Shown piece by piece: positions 20,534-31,053 of a DNA stretch of 64,000 bases; positions within the stretch are counted from its first letter, which is position 1, and each line of letters begins with the position of its first letter. The translations under genes and the position numbers were made by a program. The notes under the pieces were generated by a model. The model was not told where the DNA came from and searched no databases. It was given only the letters and a program-made list of their open reading frames with translations. The stretch lies in NCBI GenBank assembly GCA_963664115.2, contig CAXWPJ010000002.1:160001-224000 (forward strand), in the 5' to 3' direction. Source of the stretch: Terriglobia bacterium (lineage in GTDB: Bacteria; Acidobacteriota; Terriglobia; 20CM-2-55-15).

Positions 20534-21864
20534 TCAGCCGACGACAAGGTATCGGGCCAGAATCAAGATCGTGAATATCCAGATCAGCCAGTGCAGATTC
20601 CGGTACCGTCCGGATACGAGGCTCAAGAGCGCATAGCTGATCAAGCCGAAAGCGATGCCATCGGTGATCGAGAACGTGAACGGAATGACGGTAATCGTAA
20701 TAAACGCCGGGATGTATTCGTGAGGATTGTCCCAGGCGATCTGTCCAACATTTCGCATCATGAACGCGCCCACGATGATCAGGGCCGGCGCAACAGTCGG
20801 ATACAGAGTCAGACCCGACGCATCCGTGTGTCCGGCGCCTATCATCCGGGCGAGCGGCGCGAAGAACAGGGCGAGGAGAAACATGCCTGCCGTCACGATA
20901 TTCGCCAGACCCGTGCGTGCCCCTTCCGCGACACCGGTCGCGCTCTCGATATAGCTGACGATCGTTGAATTCCCGATGAGGCCGGATGCCGTCGTACCAA
21001 TGGCATCCGCCATCAGCGCCTCTTTTGCGCGTGGCAAATCCTCACCTTTCATAAAATTGCCCTGATGCGCGATGCCGATAAGCGAACCGATACTGTCGAA
21101 TAGATCCAGGAAAAACAAAATGAAGATCACTGGAAGCGCTCCGATGCTGAGGGCACCGGCGATATCCAGTTGAAGAGCAACAGGAGCGATGGACGGGGGC
21201 GGCGCGAACACCCCTTCGAAGCGGACCACCCCCAGAAACAGCCCCAGTGCCGTACTCGTAAAAATACCTGCGAGTATCGCGCCACGTTGACGTCTCACCA
21301 AAAGGATCATCGTCACGGCTAGCCCTGCCGTCGACATCCAGACCGCAGGCGCTCCGAGGTCTCCCAGCGCGACCAGGGTCGCGGGATTGGCCCCGACAAA
21401 GCCGCCCCACTCCAGCCCCACAAGCGTAATCAGCAAACCGATACCGACAGCGATTCCGTATTTCAACGACCCGGGTATTGCATGCACAAGGGCTTCCCTT
21501 AGCCCCCAGAGCGATATCACCAGGAACAGAACGCCGGATATGAAGACGGCCCCAACGCAACCTGCCAGGTGAAACCCATAGCGCCCACAACCGTGAATAC
21601 AAAGAAGAAGTTGTGACCCATCGCTGGAGCCAGAGCGATGGGATAGTTCGCAAGGAAGGCCATCAGCAGGGTGGAAAAGGCACTGATGAGACAGGTCGCC
21701 GCGAGGACGGCATCGAAGTCCATCCCTGTCGTACTCATCACAGCCGGCTGAACGAAGACGATGTAGGACATCGTCATGAAAGTCGTCGCGCCACCCAGCA
21801 ACTCGGTCCGGTAGCTTGAACCGGCAGCGGCGACACCAAAGGTCCGCTCAAGTCACTCGGACAT
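20534..21864 (-). pseudogene. NCS2/AzgA-family purine permease with a nonsense codon and a frameshift
   Basis: ATG 21864 reads MSE*LERTFG (TGA at codon 4). GATTFMTMSYI and APAMGHNFFF follow, then a 1-bp loss near 21550 (TTGGGGCCGTC) shifts into the 20534..21520 frame (YIESATGVAEGARTG). Confidence 0.85.
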
Positions 21865-21865
21865 G

Positions 21866-24800
21866 CTAGAACCGAAGACGCAGACCCAATTGAATTTGGC
21901 GGGGCGCGAAGGCTGAGGTAAAACCGAGTGGGTCTGTCGCCGCCCGCGAGGGATCCCCTTGCACGTCAAACGCACTTAGAGACGTTCCGACAACGTTATT
22001 CACGCCGGAATAATTGACTCGGTTAAAGAGGTTGAACGCTTCGGCCATGACTTCGATCCGCGAGTTGCGATTCCGGAAAATAAAAGCTTTGGTCACGCGT
22101 AGATCCAAACTTGCAAAACCGGGACCGCGACCCGTATTGCGTCCGGCGAAGGGCGGGCGGTCGGTATTCGCATTCGTGTCTCCGTTAGCGTCAAAACCCA
22201 TCAGCAGGTTGAAGGGATGGCCGCTCGCAATCGTCAGGATTGGAGACATGGTGAGATCGGCGAGTACCTTGCCAATGCCGAAGCCGCGTTCAAACGGAGA
22301 CGTGAATACACCACTCATGACGAAACGATGGCGTTGATCATAGGCCGATAGCGAGCGTTCAGCCTGAAGATCCAACTGGTTCGCAGCCTGGAGGTCGGTT
22401 ATGAAATCGACCGTGTCGTCGATGCCTTTCGACCAGGTGTAGGATGCCTGAAACTCGTAAAAGTCACTGAATCGTTTGCGTGCCGTTGCGGTCATCCCGT
22501 GATAGATGGAATTCCCGGACGATTCGACTTGGTTGTCCTGTAACACTCCAGGGTCGCGGGGTCCGAAGGTCGGCCCGAATGCGTTACTCCCCGTAACTCT
22601 AAGATTCGCGTTCCGGGAACGAAGCAGCTTCGTCCCACGGTTCATCAGGTAACCGACACTCGCCGCCATGTCGGTTCCAAACTCCCGTTCCACTGCGAAA
22701 CTGACTTGTTGGCTGTACGGATTTACCAGATCGGGAGCTGAACGCAACAACACCGGGGGCGTGGTGCCGGGATCGAGACCGAGCGGTGCGATGTCGGCCG
22801 CGGTGATTTGACGGGATCCAATAATTCCCTGCTGCTTCAACGATCCCCATATCTGGGCTGAAGTTGCAGTAATCCCTAGCTGAGGCAAGCCCGTCAAAGG
22901 CACGAACAGCTGGGATATTTGGGTCCCGTTAAGCACTCTTTCGATGAACACCACCGCCTGATAGACCGAGGCATAGTAAATTCCATAACCGCCCCGAATG
23001 ACTGTGCGCTGATCGGGACTGTATGCGAACCCGATTCGGGGCGCGATGTTATTCATGTCCCGATTCAAAGGCGTCGGTTGGAGTTCCACGTCGTAGCGCA
23101 GACCCAGATTCAGCGTCAGGGATGGAGACACCCGGAATTTGTCCTGAACGTAAGCGGCAACGAGTTTGTTCTCAAGGTCCGCGACCGGATCTCCGAAGCC
23201 CTGCTGATACGCCAGCGGCAGACCCAGATTGAATGCCTGAAGAGAGTTGATCGGTGCCGACAACGCGGGTAAGAGGTCCGCACGTCCCAAACTCGCCAAT
23301 CCGGCCCCAACGACAGCGGCGGTACCGAAACCGCCCACCTTGTCAATCAACGAATACAGAGGAATAGCCTCTCCAAAAATGAAGCGGCTGCCAAAAAATA
23401 TTTCAGTTCTCGTATCCAGGAGCAGGTAGTGAAAATCCCCGCCGAACTTCAGCTCGTGATCTCCCGACACGAGCGTAAAGTTATCGACCCACTGAAACCG
23501 TTTTTCTGTTCGAAACGAAGGCAGGAAAAAATCACGCCCCAGAAGCGCCGTCCCGTTGATGTTGATCTCAGGTCCGAACGCGTCGGCAGGTATCGAATTA
23601 AACTCTCTCTGCGCAAACTGAAAGCGGAATTCGTTCACGCGATTGGAGTCGAAGAAATGCGAATCTCCAAACACCACGCCAAAATCCTGAATCTGGTGAT
23701 TGACTCCTCTGGAAGGTCCTTTCAGGCCGCCAAACGATCCGCCGATCGTATCAACATCGGAGAAATTCGTCCGCAGGAACAGTTGGTTACTGCCTGTCGC
23801 CTGGTGATCGATCCGTAAGGATGTGCGATTGTCGCTGTTTCGGAAGGGAAACACGCCGCTGTTTTCCCGTAAGAGCTGAATCGTTTCCGGGTATGCCACT
23901 TCGGAAGTCGTCAAAACGCCGCGCAGCGCAGAACCGAGCGCCTGGAAGGATGGAACCGGAGCAGAGACAAGTGCCTGGATCAACGATTCCTGAGACGGCG
24001 TGGGCTGGAACAATTCTTCGCTTTCGAGGAAGGTCGAGAAATTCGATTCCCTCTGGCGCAACCCTTCGTAAGACAAAAAGAAAAAACTGCGGTTGGGGAC
24101 AATCGGCCCACCGAGGCTGAAACCACTTTGGAGTCTGGAAAACGGCGGATCGATATTGGTTCCCCCGGGTCCAAATGCAAAGGGGTTCCGCGCATCCAGG
24201 GCCTGATCCCGAAGAAAAGCGAATATCGTTCCCGACAGATCGTTGGCCCCGGAACGTGAAACGATATTGATCAACCCGCCGGCTGCCCTGCCGAACTCCG
24301 CCGAGTAGTTCGAACGATTGATCTGAAATTCCTGGACAGCTTCCTGGCTGAGGGTTGACCGGACGGTCGCCACGGCGTTGTCGTTGTTGTCCACACCGTC
24401 AATGGTCACGCTGTTGGAACGGCCGCTCTGACCCGCAAACGAGAGCCCCGAATCGGGTGCCTGAGGCAGCGAGAAAGAGATCAATGCGTCTGAATCGGTG
24501 ACGCCGGGCGTCAGCAGGGAAAAATCCAGAAAATCCCGCCGATTGATGGGCAGGTTATCGATTCGGAATTCGCTGATGGTGTCCGCCTGCTGCGTCTTTT
24601 CCAGTTCAAGCAAAGGGGCCTGACCGATCACCAGTATCTCCTCCTGGAGTTCGGCCGGTGTTAATCGTATGTCGATGTTGAGGCTTTGCCCCACCTGGAG
24701 TTGAATCGGGCGCCGGGTCTGGATGGCGAATCCCTCAACCTCGAAGCGCAGTTGGTAGGAACCGGGGGTTAAAATGAAAAAGCGGTAGGTCCCATCGTTA

Positions 24801-24982
24801 CCGGTCGTGGTGCGACGGCTCACACCGGTATTACTGTGGGTGATCGTAACGGAAACGCCCGTTACGAGGGCTCCATCCGGATCGAGAACCCTCCCGCGGA
24901 TGTCTCCCGACGACATCTGGGCCTGCGAACCACCGCTCACGGCGATTGCGCATATCAGGCAGATGCTACCGATAATCTTCAT
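21866..24982 (-). CDS. TonB-dependent receptor, Oar-like, with carboxypeptidase-regulatory N-domain
   Basis: Signal peptide, IRGRVLDPDGA, LPINRRDFLD, AEFGRAAGG and C-terminal PRQIQLGLRLRF. Confidence 0.92.
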   Translation of the reverse strand: MKIIGSICLICAIAVSGGSQAQMSSGDIRGRVLDPDGALVTGVSVTITHSNTGVSRRTTTGNDGTYRFFILTPGSYQLRFEVEGFAIQTRRPIQLQVGQSLNIDIRLTPAELQEEILVIGQAPLLELEKTQQADTISEFRIDNLPINRRDFLDFSLLTPGVTDSDALISFSLPQAPDSGLSFAGQSGRSNSVTIDGVDNNDNAVATVRSTLSQEAVQEFQINRSNYSAEFGRAAGGLINIVSRSGANDLSGTIFAFLRDQALDARNPFAFGPGGTNIDPPFSRLQSGFSLGGPIVPNRSFFFLSYEGLRQRESNFSTFLESEELFQPTPSQESLIQALVSAPVPSFQALGSALRGVLTTSEVAYPETIQLLRENSGVFPFRNSDNRTSLRIDHQATGSNQLFLRTNFSDVDTIGGSFGGLKGPSRGVNHQIQDFGVVFGDSHFFDSNRVNEFRFQFAQREFNSIPADAFGPEININGTALLGRDFFLPSFRTEKRFQWVDNFTLVSGDHELKFGGDFHYLLLDTRTEIFFGSRFIFGEAIPLYSLIDKVGGFGTAAVVGAGLASLGRADLLPALSAPINSLQAFNLGLPLAYQQGFGDPVADLENKLVAAYVQDKFRVSPSLTLNLGLRYDVELQPTPLNRDMNNIAPRIGFAYSPDQRTVIRGGYGIYYASVYQAVVFIERVLNGTQISQLFVPLTGLPQLGITATSAQIWGSLKQQGIIGSRQITAADIAPLGLDPGTTPPVLLRSAPDLVNPYSQQVSFAVEREFGTDMAASVGYLMNRGTKLLRSRNANLRVTGSNAFGPTFGPRDPGVLQDNQVESSGNSIYHGMTATARKRFSDFYEFQASYTWSKGIDDTVDFITDLQAANQLDLQAERSLSAYDQRHRFVMSGVFTSPFERGFGIGKVLADLTMSPILTIASGHPFNLLMGFDANGDTNANTDRPPFAGRNTGRGPGFASLDLRVTKAFIFRNRNSRIEVMAEAFNLFNRVNYSGVNNVVGTSLSAFDVQGDPSRAATDPLGFTSAFAPRQIQLGLRLRF

Positions 24983-25950
24983 CGCCCTTCCCCGGGTTCA
25001 GAAAGTTTTTCCTTCTTCTTCAGCTTCTTGTGCTCGTTTCGGAGATTCTCAAGGTGCACCCGTTCTTCGTCGGCGAAATCGCGAAACATTTTTCGTCCGC
25101 GAGGGTCGTCCATCTGCTTTGCAAATTCAGTGAAAAACCGATGCGACTTCCGTTCGAGGTCAATCGCAATTTCGAGGGCCTCCAGGTGCGTCGTTCTATC
25201 CCGAACATTAACGTTAAGCAGTTCTCGTTCCGGAAAAATCTGATCGGCAATTTTCCGGCTCACTGGAAGGCGAGTCGGTTCCCGTCGAAGCCACCCATGC
25301 GCTTCGATCAGGGCCCGGTATTCGTGCTGCAGCTTGTCCAGATGTTCGGATTCCTCTGCTGCCAAATCCTGGAACATCCGTCTGCCGCGGGGGTTTTGGG
25401 TCTTCTTTGAGGCGTTTATGTAGAAGCTGTAGCCTCGCCGCTCCACTGCCAATGTCAATTCGAGTGCATCCCGGGCGAATATTTTCTGCTGCCTGTCTTT
25501 CGTGTCCAGACCCACCTCGCGAAGCTCCTGGGCGACACACTCCCGACAGAATCCGAAGATCGCGTAGCGGCTATAGACGGCCTGAAAATCGTTTTTGTCG
25601 GTTTCTTCCCGAATAAGATGTTCGATACGACGGGAAGGAAATTCCTGAGTATTGCCACATTGGTTGCATATGAAGTGAATATGGTTGGGCTGGTTGACCA
25701 GGGCCTCGTAGCGCGTCGTATCCGCAGTCTTAGACTGCCGGATCATTCCGGATTCGAGCAGGATCTTCAAGGTCCGATAGATCGTGGATAAGCCGATCCG
25801 ATGACCCTGCTCGAGAAGACGCTCCCGCATGTCCTCGACCGAGGGATGGTCCTCAGCCTTGAGTAAAGTTTCCCAGACCAGGGCCCGCTGGGAGGTCTTC
25901 TTGAGCTTGTTCTCCGACAGGAATTCCTGGAAGCGTTTTTTCTGCTTCAT
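24979..25950 (-). CDS. Fur-family regulator fused to a ferritin-like/rubrerythrin domain
   Basis: Fur domain (TSQR, HPS, STIYRTL, HIHFICNQC, CREC) followed by two E-x(n)-EExxH di-iron helix pairs. Confidence 0.85.
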   Translation of the reverse strand: MKQKKRFQEFLSENKLKKTSQRALVWETLLKAEDHPSVEDMRERLLEQGHRIGLSTIYRTLKILLESGMIRQSKTADTTRYEALVNQPNHIHFICNQCGNTQEFPSRRIEHLIREETDKNDFQAVYSRYAIFGFCRECVAQELREVGLDTKDRQQKIFARDALELTLAVERRGYSFYINASKKTQNPRGRRMFQDLAAEESEHLDKLQHEYRALIEAHGWLRREPTRLPVSRKIADQIFPERELLNVNVRDRTTHLEALEIAIDLERKSHRFFTEFAKQMDDPRGRKMFRDFADEERVHLENLRNEHKKLKKKEKLSEPGEGR

Positions 25951-26081
25951 CGGTCACGAATTATACAAGCACCGCGATTGAAGAACGAGGGAATCGCACC
26001 CCCACCGGTAAGCCGTCTTACGTTTGCCCAATATCCCTGTATGCTATAGTTTATGGATATAAATCCACAAGAGGATGACAC

Positions 26082-26645
26082 ATGAAAAACATTCTGCTTT
26101 TGACTCTTTTTTCTGTCGGCCTGGGAGCATGCACTTTCGAGATGCCGGAATCGGCCCTCGATGGTTCATCGGCTGCCGGAGGTCCCGGTTCCACAGCAAA
26201 TCTGCGGTCCGCACCGGAATTCGATCTTGCATCATTCGCAGGCGGAACGCTGAATTCCGAAGAACTCAAAGGCAAGGTATTGGTGGTGGATTTCTGGGCA
26301 ACCTGGTGCAGTCCCTGTATCGAAGAGATACCGAACTTCAACACCCTGCACGCTGAACAAGACAACGACAAGTTCGTTATGTTGGGCATCACGGTTGAAT
26401 CCGGATCCTATGAAGACGTCGAGCCCTATATCGAGCGTTTCGAAATCGAGTATCCCGTTGTCATGGGTGATGAGGATGTCGTGACCGGGTTCGGAGGCCT
26501 CATCGGCTTCCCGACGACATTCGTTGTCAGTCCGGATTGGAAGATCTATAAGAAGTACCTGGGCATGAAGACAGGAAAGAAGGAATTGATCGAGCAGGAC
26601 GTGATCGACTTGATTGGTTCCGAGGAAGTCGCGGAAATCTTTTAA
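26082..26645 (+). CDS. TlpA/ResA-like thiol-disulfide oxidoreductase lipoprotein
   Basis: Lipobox LGAC, DFWATWCSPC and GFPTTF motifs. Confidence 0.92.
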   Translation: MKNILLLTLFSVGLGACTFEMPESALDGSSAAGGPGSTANLRSAPEFDLASFAGGTLNSEELKGKVLVVDFWATWCSPCIEEIPNFNTLHAEQDNDKFVMLGITVESGSYEDVEPYIERFEIEYPVVMGDEDVVTGFGGLIGFPTTFVVSPDWKIYKKYLGMKTGKKELIEQDVIDLIGSEEVAEIF

Positions 26646-26670
26646 CTGAATTCATCCCTGCAGGAACACG

Positions 26671-26699
26671 AAAAAGGCGGCCTGGCAGCCGCCTTTTTT
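26671..26699. terminator. Bidirectional intrinsic terminator
   Basis: AAAAAGGCGGC-CTGGCA-GCCGCCTTTTTT between convergent genes. Confidence 0.85.
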
Positions 26700-26721
26700 A
26701 TTGCTTCCTGTGCGGGTCAAC

Positions 26722-27531
26722 TTACAGAGGGAGGCTTAGAGAAAAAAGCAGAAACTTGGAGAAAAACTCCCCAAAGAGGACAGCCACGACCGCAACGTAC
26801 AGCAAACCCGTCGCCGCCTGCGTATGCCCGAGCTTCAAGGTACTCCATATCATGGCGCCAAGCACGATCGGCACAACAACACCAAACATCACACGGGGCC
26901 AAAAGAACAATCCCTGACGCACAAACAGCTCCGAGGCGATATTTACAAGGGTGACATCCTGCTGTATTTCGAGCACGACCAGACTCAAGACAATAGTCAC
27001 GACGCGAAACGCGATCGCACCGATATACACCTTCGTCAAGAGCTTTAACGGATCGATTGGCAGCTTGGGCACGATCAGATACCAGTGTCCAAAAACCATT
27101 GCGAGCATGACCGATCCGAGCAATGCTGTCGCACCCAGGTGGTTCAACACCAAAACCCAGTGCTCCCACCCCCCGAGCTCCAGCAACAGGGTGAAGGCGA
27201 GCGAATCCATCGTGATAGAGACCAACCCGATCGCTGTGGCCAGGGCCAGTAAAACCAGCGCAGGCCGATATTTTTCAACGTGGACGGTGCGGTTGTACAT
27301 ACCGGCCAGAATCCCGGAAGCCAGAAGAAGTATGGCCGGCCACGCGCTCTCCCGCACGGGTGAAGCGAATAAAAAATCAAATCCGAGCGTGACACCTATC
27401 AACACGCCCGCCGTTTGGCTGGCAAACTTGAAAAAACTATTCCCGATCACCCGGGGAGAAATAAACAGCAGCGTCCACAGCATGCCAACGGCCAACTGGG
27501 AAAATAAAAAGAAAAACGTCGAGGAAATCAT
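26722..27531 (-). CDS. Polytopic membrane protein (about 8 TM, GHWYL motif), function unknown
   Basis: Hydrophobic ORF with AMVFGHWYL and TQAATGLLYVA. Confidence 0.7.
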   Translation of the reverse strand: MISSTFFFLFSQLAVGMLWTLLFISPRVIGNSFFKFASQTAGVLIGVTLGFDFLFASPVRESAWPAILLLASGILAGMYNRTVHVEKYRPALVLLALATAIGLVSITMDSLAFTLLLELGGWEHWVLVLNHLGATALLGSVMLAMVFGHWYLIVPKLPIDPLKLLTKVYIGAIAFRVVTIVLSLVVLEIQQDVTLVNIASELFVRQGLFFWPRVMFGVVVPIVLGAMIWSTLKLGHTQAATGLLYVAVVAVLFGEFFSKFLLFSLSLPL

Positions 27532-27578
27532 GATCTAAACTTCGGAGCCAACCCAATATAGCATTCATCGAAGCGGAC

Positions 27579-28829
27579 TCACTCCCCGGCGACACCGAAG
27601 TACTCTGCCGACGCTGACCGTACGGCCTCGCTCGAATCCCAGGCCGACCGGTCGATCAGTACCAGAAATTTCCAGAGAGCCCTGTGTTTCTCCTTGAGAA
27701 TCCGTATCTCGGCGTTGTTCGCTCCTGAGAGCGGCTGAATTTCGCCGCTGTCGAGCCGGGCAGGAACTTCAGCTTCGGGAAGGGACATCCCGAGCGACGG
27801 ACAATAAACGATCACCTGGTGGGGATTGAGACCCGCGGCCTCCGCAATCGCACCCTCGGCTGTTTCTCGTTCTGAAGGACTGAAATGAAAGCGCTGCTCA
27901 AGACCCTTCTGTTTTTCTTCACCCACAGACACCGTCAGCATGTAGCAGGGCTTGTACAGCTTCCGGGCTTCAAACCGGTCCAGGATGTGGCCGATTCCCG
28001 CATGGTTGGAATAATCCTCACGCAACAACCACAGTAAGGTGTCGTCTTTGAGCGTCCTCAGTCGCACCGCGTCCAGGCCCGCGGCCAGGGCCAGTTCGAC
28101 CGCTTTCGAAATCATCGCTCCGGATGCGAGTTTCGTGTGATGAAAGTAGACACGCTCTGAAAGCGTGTAACGGATCCTCAACAGGTTGACCAGTTCCGAA
28201 AGTGCGTCCCGGCGCAAGAGGCCGTGCTTTTCCAGTCGCACGATCAGATGCCCGTCTTCTTCGTCGAAAGTCTGAAAGATGCGGTCGTCGTAGTACTGCG
28301 ACAGCCCACAAAAATAATTATCGCGGCGAAGATAGTCCAGTAGATCGGCGCTGATCGCCCCACTGACGATGTCGGAAGCAAAGCCCGCCGTTCCGGAGAG
28401 AATCGCGATCACCGCGTCACTCACGCCGTGCCTGTCGAGAACGTCTCCGACCGAAGAGTTCTTCATAAAATAGGTAAAGCGGTCCGCGTCCTGATCATGA
28501 CGGGGCAGAACACGCCGTTCGTCCTCCAGCGTGTGGCCAAAAGGAATGTGCGTGATGTCGTGAAGTAAAGCTGCAGCACGAATGACGCTCTCCTCGGCCT
28601 CAGAAACGGAGACGTTCCGGCGGATTGCATCGACCAGGCGGTGGGCCATCCAGGCCGTACCGACGGAGTGTTCAAACCGCGTGTGCATCGCCGACGGATA
28701 GATCAGGTAGGCCGTGCCCAACTGCTTGATCCCCCGGAGACGCTGGAATTCGGGAGTATCGATCAACTCCATTTCCAGCGCACCCAGTTCGATGTCGCCG
28801 TGGACAGCGTCTCGAATCAATTTTCGCAT
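27579..28829 (-). CDS. HD-domain phosphohydrolase (dNTP triphosphohydrolase/SAMHD1-like)
   Basis: IRDAVHG, FQRLRGIKQLG, HTRFEHSVG, ALLHDITHIPFGH, ADLLDYLRRD and VYFHH motifs. Confidence 0.9.
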   Translation of the reverse strand: MRKLIRDAVHGDIELGALEMELIDTPEFQRLRGIKQLGTAYLIYPSAMHTRFEHSVGTAWMAHRLVDAIRRNVSVSEAEESVIRAAALLHDITHIPFGHTLEDERRVLPRHDQDADRFTYFMKNSSVGDVLDRHGVSDAVIAILSGTAGFASDIVSGAISADLLDYLRRDNYFCGLSQYYDDRIFQTFDEEDGHLIVRLEKHGLLRRDALSELVNLLRIRYTLSERVYFHHTKLASGAMISKAVELALAAGLDAVRLRTLKDDTLLWLLREDYSNHAGIGHILDRFEARKLYKPCYMLTVSVGEEKQKGLEQRFHFSPSERETAEGAIAEAAGLNPHQVIVYCPSLGMSLPEAEVPARLDSGEIQPLSGANNAEIRILKEKHRALWKFLVLIDRSAWDSSEAVRSASAEYFGVAGE

Positions 28830-29019
28830 GGCGTATTCTGACTCCCCAGCTTGGGCCTCCATTTCCCGGGCCACTGCCGATCACCCGGACTTGCGACCGG
28901 GCCCATCGGTAACCGAAACAGGCACCATCGAATTATGCAGCATATGATCGATATGCCGAAAAACGCTCCGAACACCAAACACGCTATAATGCCGAGCGAT
29001 TCAACACTGGAGGTGTTTC

Positions 29020-29406
29020 TTGAAGTTTCTAGCGTTCGCGATTTTTTCTGTGGCTCTGGTGGTCTCCTGTGCGCCGGCCGAACCCGAACCGGCCGCCACG
29101 GCCGAAACCCCAACTGAGGCTCCCGCCGCGGCACCGAACGGGACTCGCGAAAGCCCATTCATGGGGCACGGCGTCATTCAGGAAGTCGGCGAAACCCAAC
29201 TCGTCATCCAGCACGATACGATCCCTGGCTTCATGGCCGGCATGACAATGGCTTTCCCCATAACCGCAGAGGCCTTGAGCGACGACCTGGAAGTCGGCGA
29301 CGAGATCATGTTCGATATCGAGCTGCTCACGGAGGGCTACCAGATTTTTAATGTCTCCGAGGTCGAGGCTGGGGACGACGATAGCGAAGAAGAAGACGAA
29401 GAGTAG
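29020..29406 (+). CDS. CusF-like copper-binding lipoprotein
   Basis: Lipobox VVSC, IQHDTIPGFMAGMTMAF motif and acidic tail. Confidence 0.8.
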   Translation: MKFLAFAIFSVALVVSCAPAEPEPAATAETPTEAPAAAPNGTRESPFMGHGVIQEVGETQLVIQHDTIPGFMAGMTMAFPITAEALSDDLEVGDEIMFDIELLTEGYQIFNVSEVEAGDDDSEEEDEE

Positions 29407-29445
29407 TTGCACAGCCGGCCGAGCCCCGGACCACTATCCGGCGGC

Positions 29446-29475
29446 TTGAAAAGAGTTTTCTCCGGGTGCTACGAT
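29446..29475 (+). promoter_or_regulatory. Sigma70-type promoter of tRNA-Gln
   Basis: TTGAAA-N18-TACGAT just upstream of the tRNA. Confidence 0.5.
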
Positions 29476-29498
29476 GCTCGAACGGCTTCAGTAAGCCC

Positions 29499-29569
29499 TG
29501 GGAGGTCGTCTAATGGTAGGACTGCAGACTCTGACTCTGCCTGTCGGGGTTCGAATCCCTGCCTCCCAG
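29499..29569 (+). tRNA. tRNA-Gln(CTG)
   Basis: Acceptor TGGGAGG/CCTCCCA, anticodon arm GCAGA-CTCTGAC-TCTGC, T-loop GGTTCGAATCC; CCA not encoded. Confidence 0.95.
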
Positions 29570-29821
29570 TTACTCATTTAAAAAGACTTACGGCACCGAT
29601 GGAGCTTCCGCTAATTCCCCTTGTGGGGACTTTTGGGGGGACCTCCGGTCTTTTCTGGCGCCACATTACTCAATCCCGTGGCCTCTACTGCTAAACAATT
29701 TGACCACACACTGTCAGTCGTAGGAGAATGGCCTATGAGTTCCTGCATGTCCCGCAACAAAGCGGTAGTTGCCTTGCCTGGAACGACTGCTTACCGTCCC
29801 AAACGGAGGTTTAAGAATCAA

Positions 29822-30961
29822 ATGGCCAGACTCATCTGGAGTGTTGCAATCGGATTCGTTCTTCTTGCAGCCACCCCACAAACTCTGTTCAGCCAAGTCC
29901 GCTTAGCGAGCGGGTTCGGTCAATCAAACATCGGAGGCCAACAGGTTTTCGTACATGTGACAGTGGCGGTCCCACCCGGTTTAGACGGACCCAGCGTTGT
30001 CGAAGATGCCGTCCGGGGTCAGGGGGCACGTCCGATCCAATCCGCAGCGTTTTCATTGACGGGATTGGATTGGAAGAACAATTCGCCTGAGGGGGCGCAG
30101 AATGTGCTTCAGTCCCAGAACTTTTCAGACCTCCCAGACGCCCTAACCGACCCGGCGGTACTGGCATTGAAAGCCTCTCAGGAGACGTGGAAAGAGGACT
30201 GGCAAGAGAACAACAATGTCTCCGATACTTCAGAATTCAGCTTTTTAGACGGTGGATTTACCGACCAATGTCCATCATTGGCGAAGCAGTGTCCTGGAAG
30301 GCAGTTTGCTGACCAACTCAATGATGTCGGCTTTATCTCCATTGGCGGATGCTGCACTCTGGCGGCTACATGGTTTCTAAGAGGCAGCTCGGACAGCACC
30401 TCCGCTGCGGACGAACCCGAGGCTGACATCGTCGTGAACAGTCGCGTGAATTGGAACAGCTTCGATCTCGAGACCGTGCTTTTGCACGAGCTTGGACACG
30501 CTCTCGGCTTGGGACATTCTTCGGTTGCCGGAGCTGTAATGGCAGCCACTTATACTGTCCCGATACCAGACCTGCAGGAGGACGATGTGCGCGGCGTTAC
30601 GTATCTCTATCCTCGACAGGGATGGGTCGGATTGATTAGCGGTACGGTCGTCGAAGATGGGTCCACACCTGAACTGGCTATCGAAGGTGCCACGGTCTCT
30701 ATCGCCGATTTTCCCGTATCCGACACGACCGAATCGGACGGGAGCTACTCTCTCACAGGTGTGCCGGACATTGGAGAGTACGCTGTGACGGTGAGTGCGA
30801 AAGGCTATCTGAGTCAAACGATAGCTAACATCGACGTGCCAACAAATCTCCCCACCATTAAACTCGTCAAAGAATCCGACGATGGCGGCGGTGGCAATGG
30901 CGGCGGCAATGGCGGTGGCAAGGACAAATGCAAGAAGAACGGCCCCTTCGCTTGCCCTTAG
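29822..30961 (+). CDS. Secreted matrixin (M10) metalloprotease with carboxypeptidase-regulatory-like domain
   Basis: Signal peptide, HELGHALGLGHS, Met-turn AVM, IEGATVSI..TTESDGSYSL domain and Gly-rich tail. Confidence 0.85.
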   Translation: MARLIWSVAIGFVLLAATPQTLFSQVRLASGFGQSNIGGQQVFVHVTVAVPPGLDGPSVVEDAVRGQGARPIQSAAFSLTGLDWKNNSPEGAQNVLQSQNFSDLPDALTDPAVLALKASQETWKEDWQENNNVSDTSEFSFLDGGFTDQCPSLAKQCPGRQFADQLNDVGFISIGGCCTLAATWFLRGSSDSTSAADEPEADIVVNSRVNWNSFDLETVLLHELGHALGLGHSSVAGAVMAATYTVPIPDLQEDDVRGVTYLYPRQGWVGLISGTVVEDGSTPELAIEGATVSIADFPVSDTTESDGSYSLTGVPDIGEYAVTVSAKGYLSQTIANIDVPTNLPTIKLVKESDDGGGGNGGGNGGGKDKCKKNGPFACP

Positions 30962-31012
30962 AGATTGAGTTTTTACGTGAGTCGAAGCGCGGTTAACCCC
31001 TTGTGGCCTTAG

Positions 31013-31037
31013 GGCCCGTCTTCATGGCGGGCCTTTT
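31013..31037 (+). terminator. Intrinsic terminator
   Basis: GGCCCGTC-TTCAT-GGCGGGCC-TTTT. Confidence 0.65.
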
Positions 31038-31053
31038 CTCTTTCTACTCAAAC

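Noticed and set aside
21853-21855. TGA in the NCS2 gene as selenocysteine or readthrough
   Set aside because: The position is non-catalytic, no SECIS-like hairpin is evident, and a second lesion lies downstream.
30883-30920. GGCGGCGGTGGCAAT-type tandem repeats
   Set aside because: They simply encode the Gly/Asn linker of the matrixin C-terminus.
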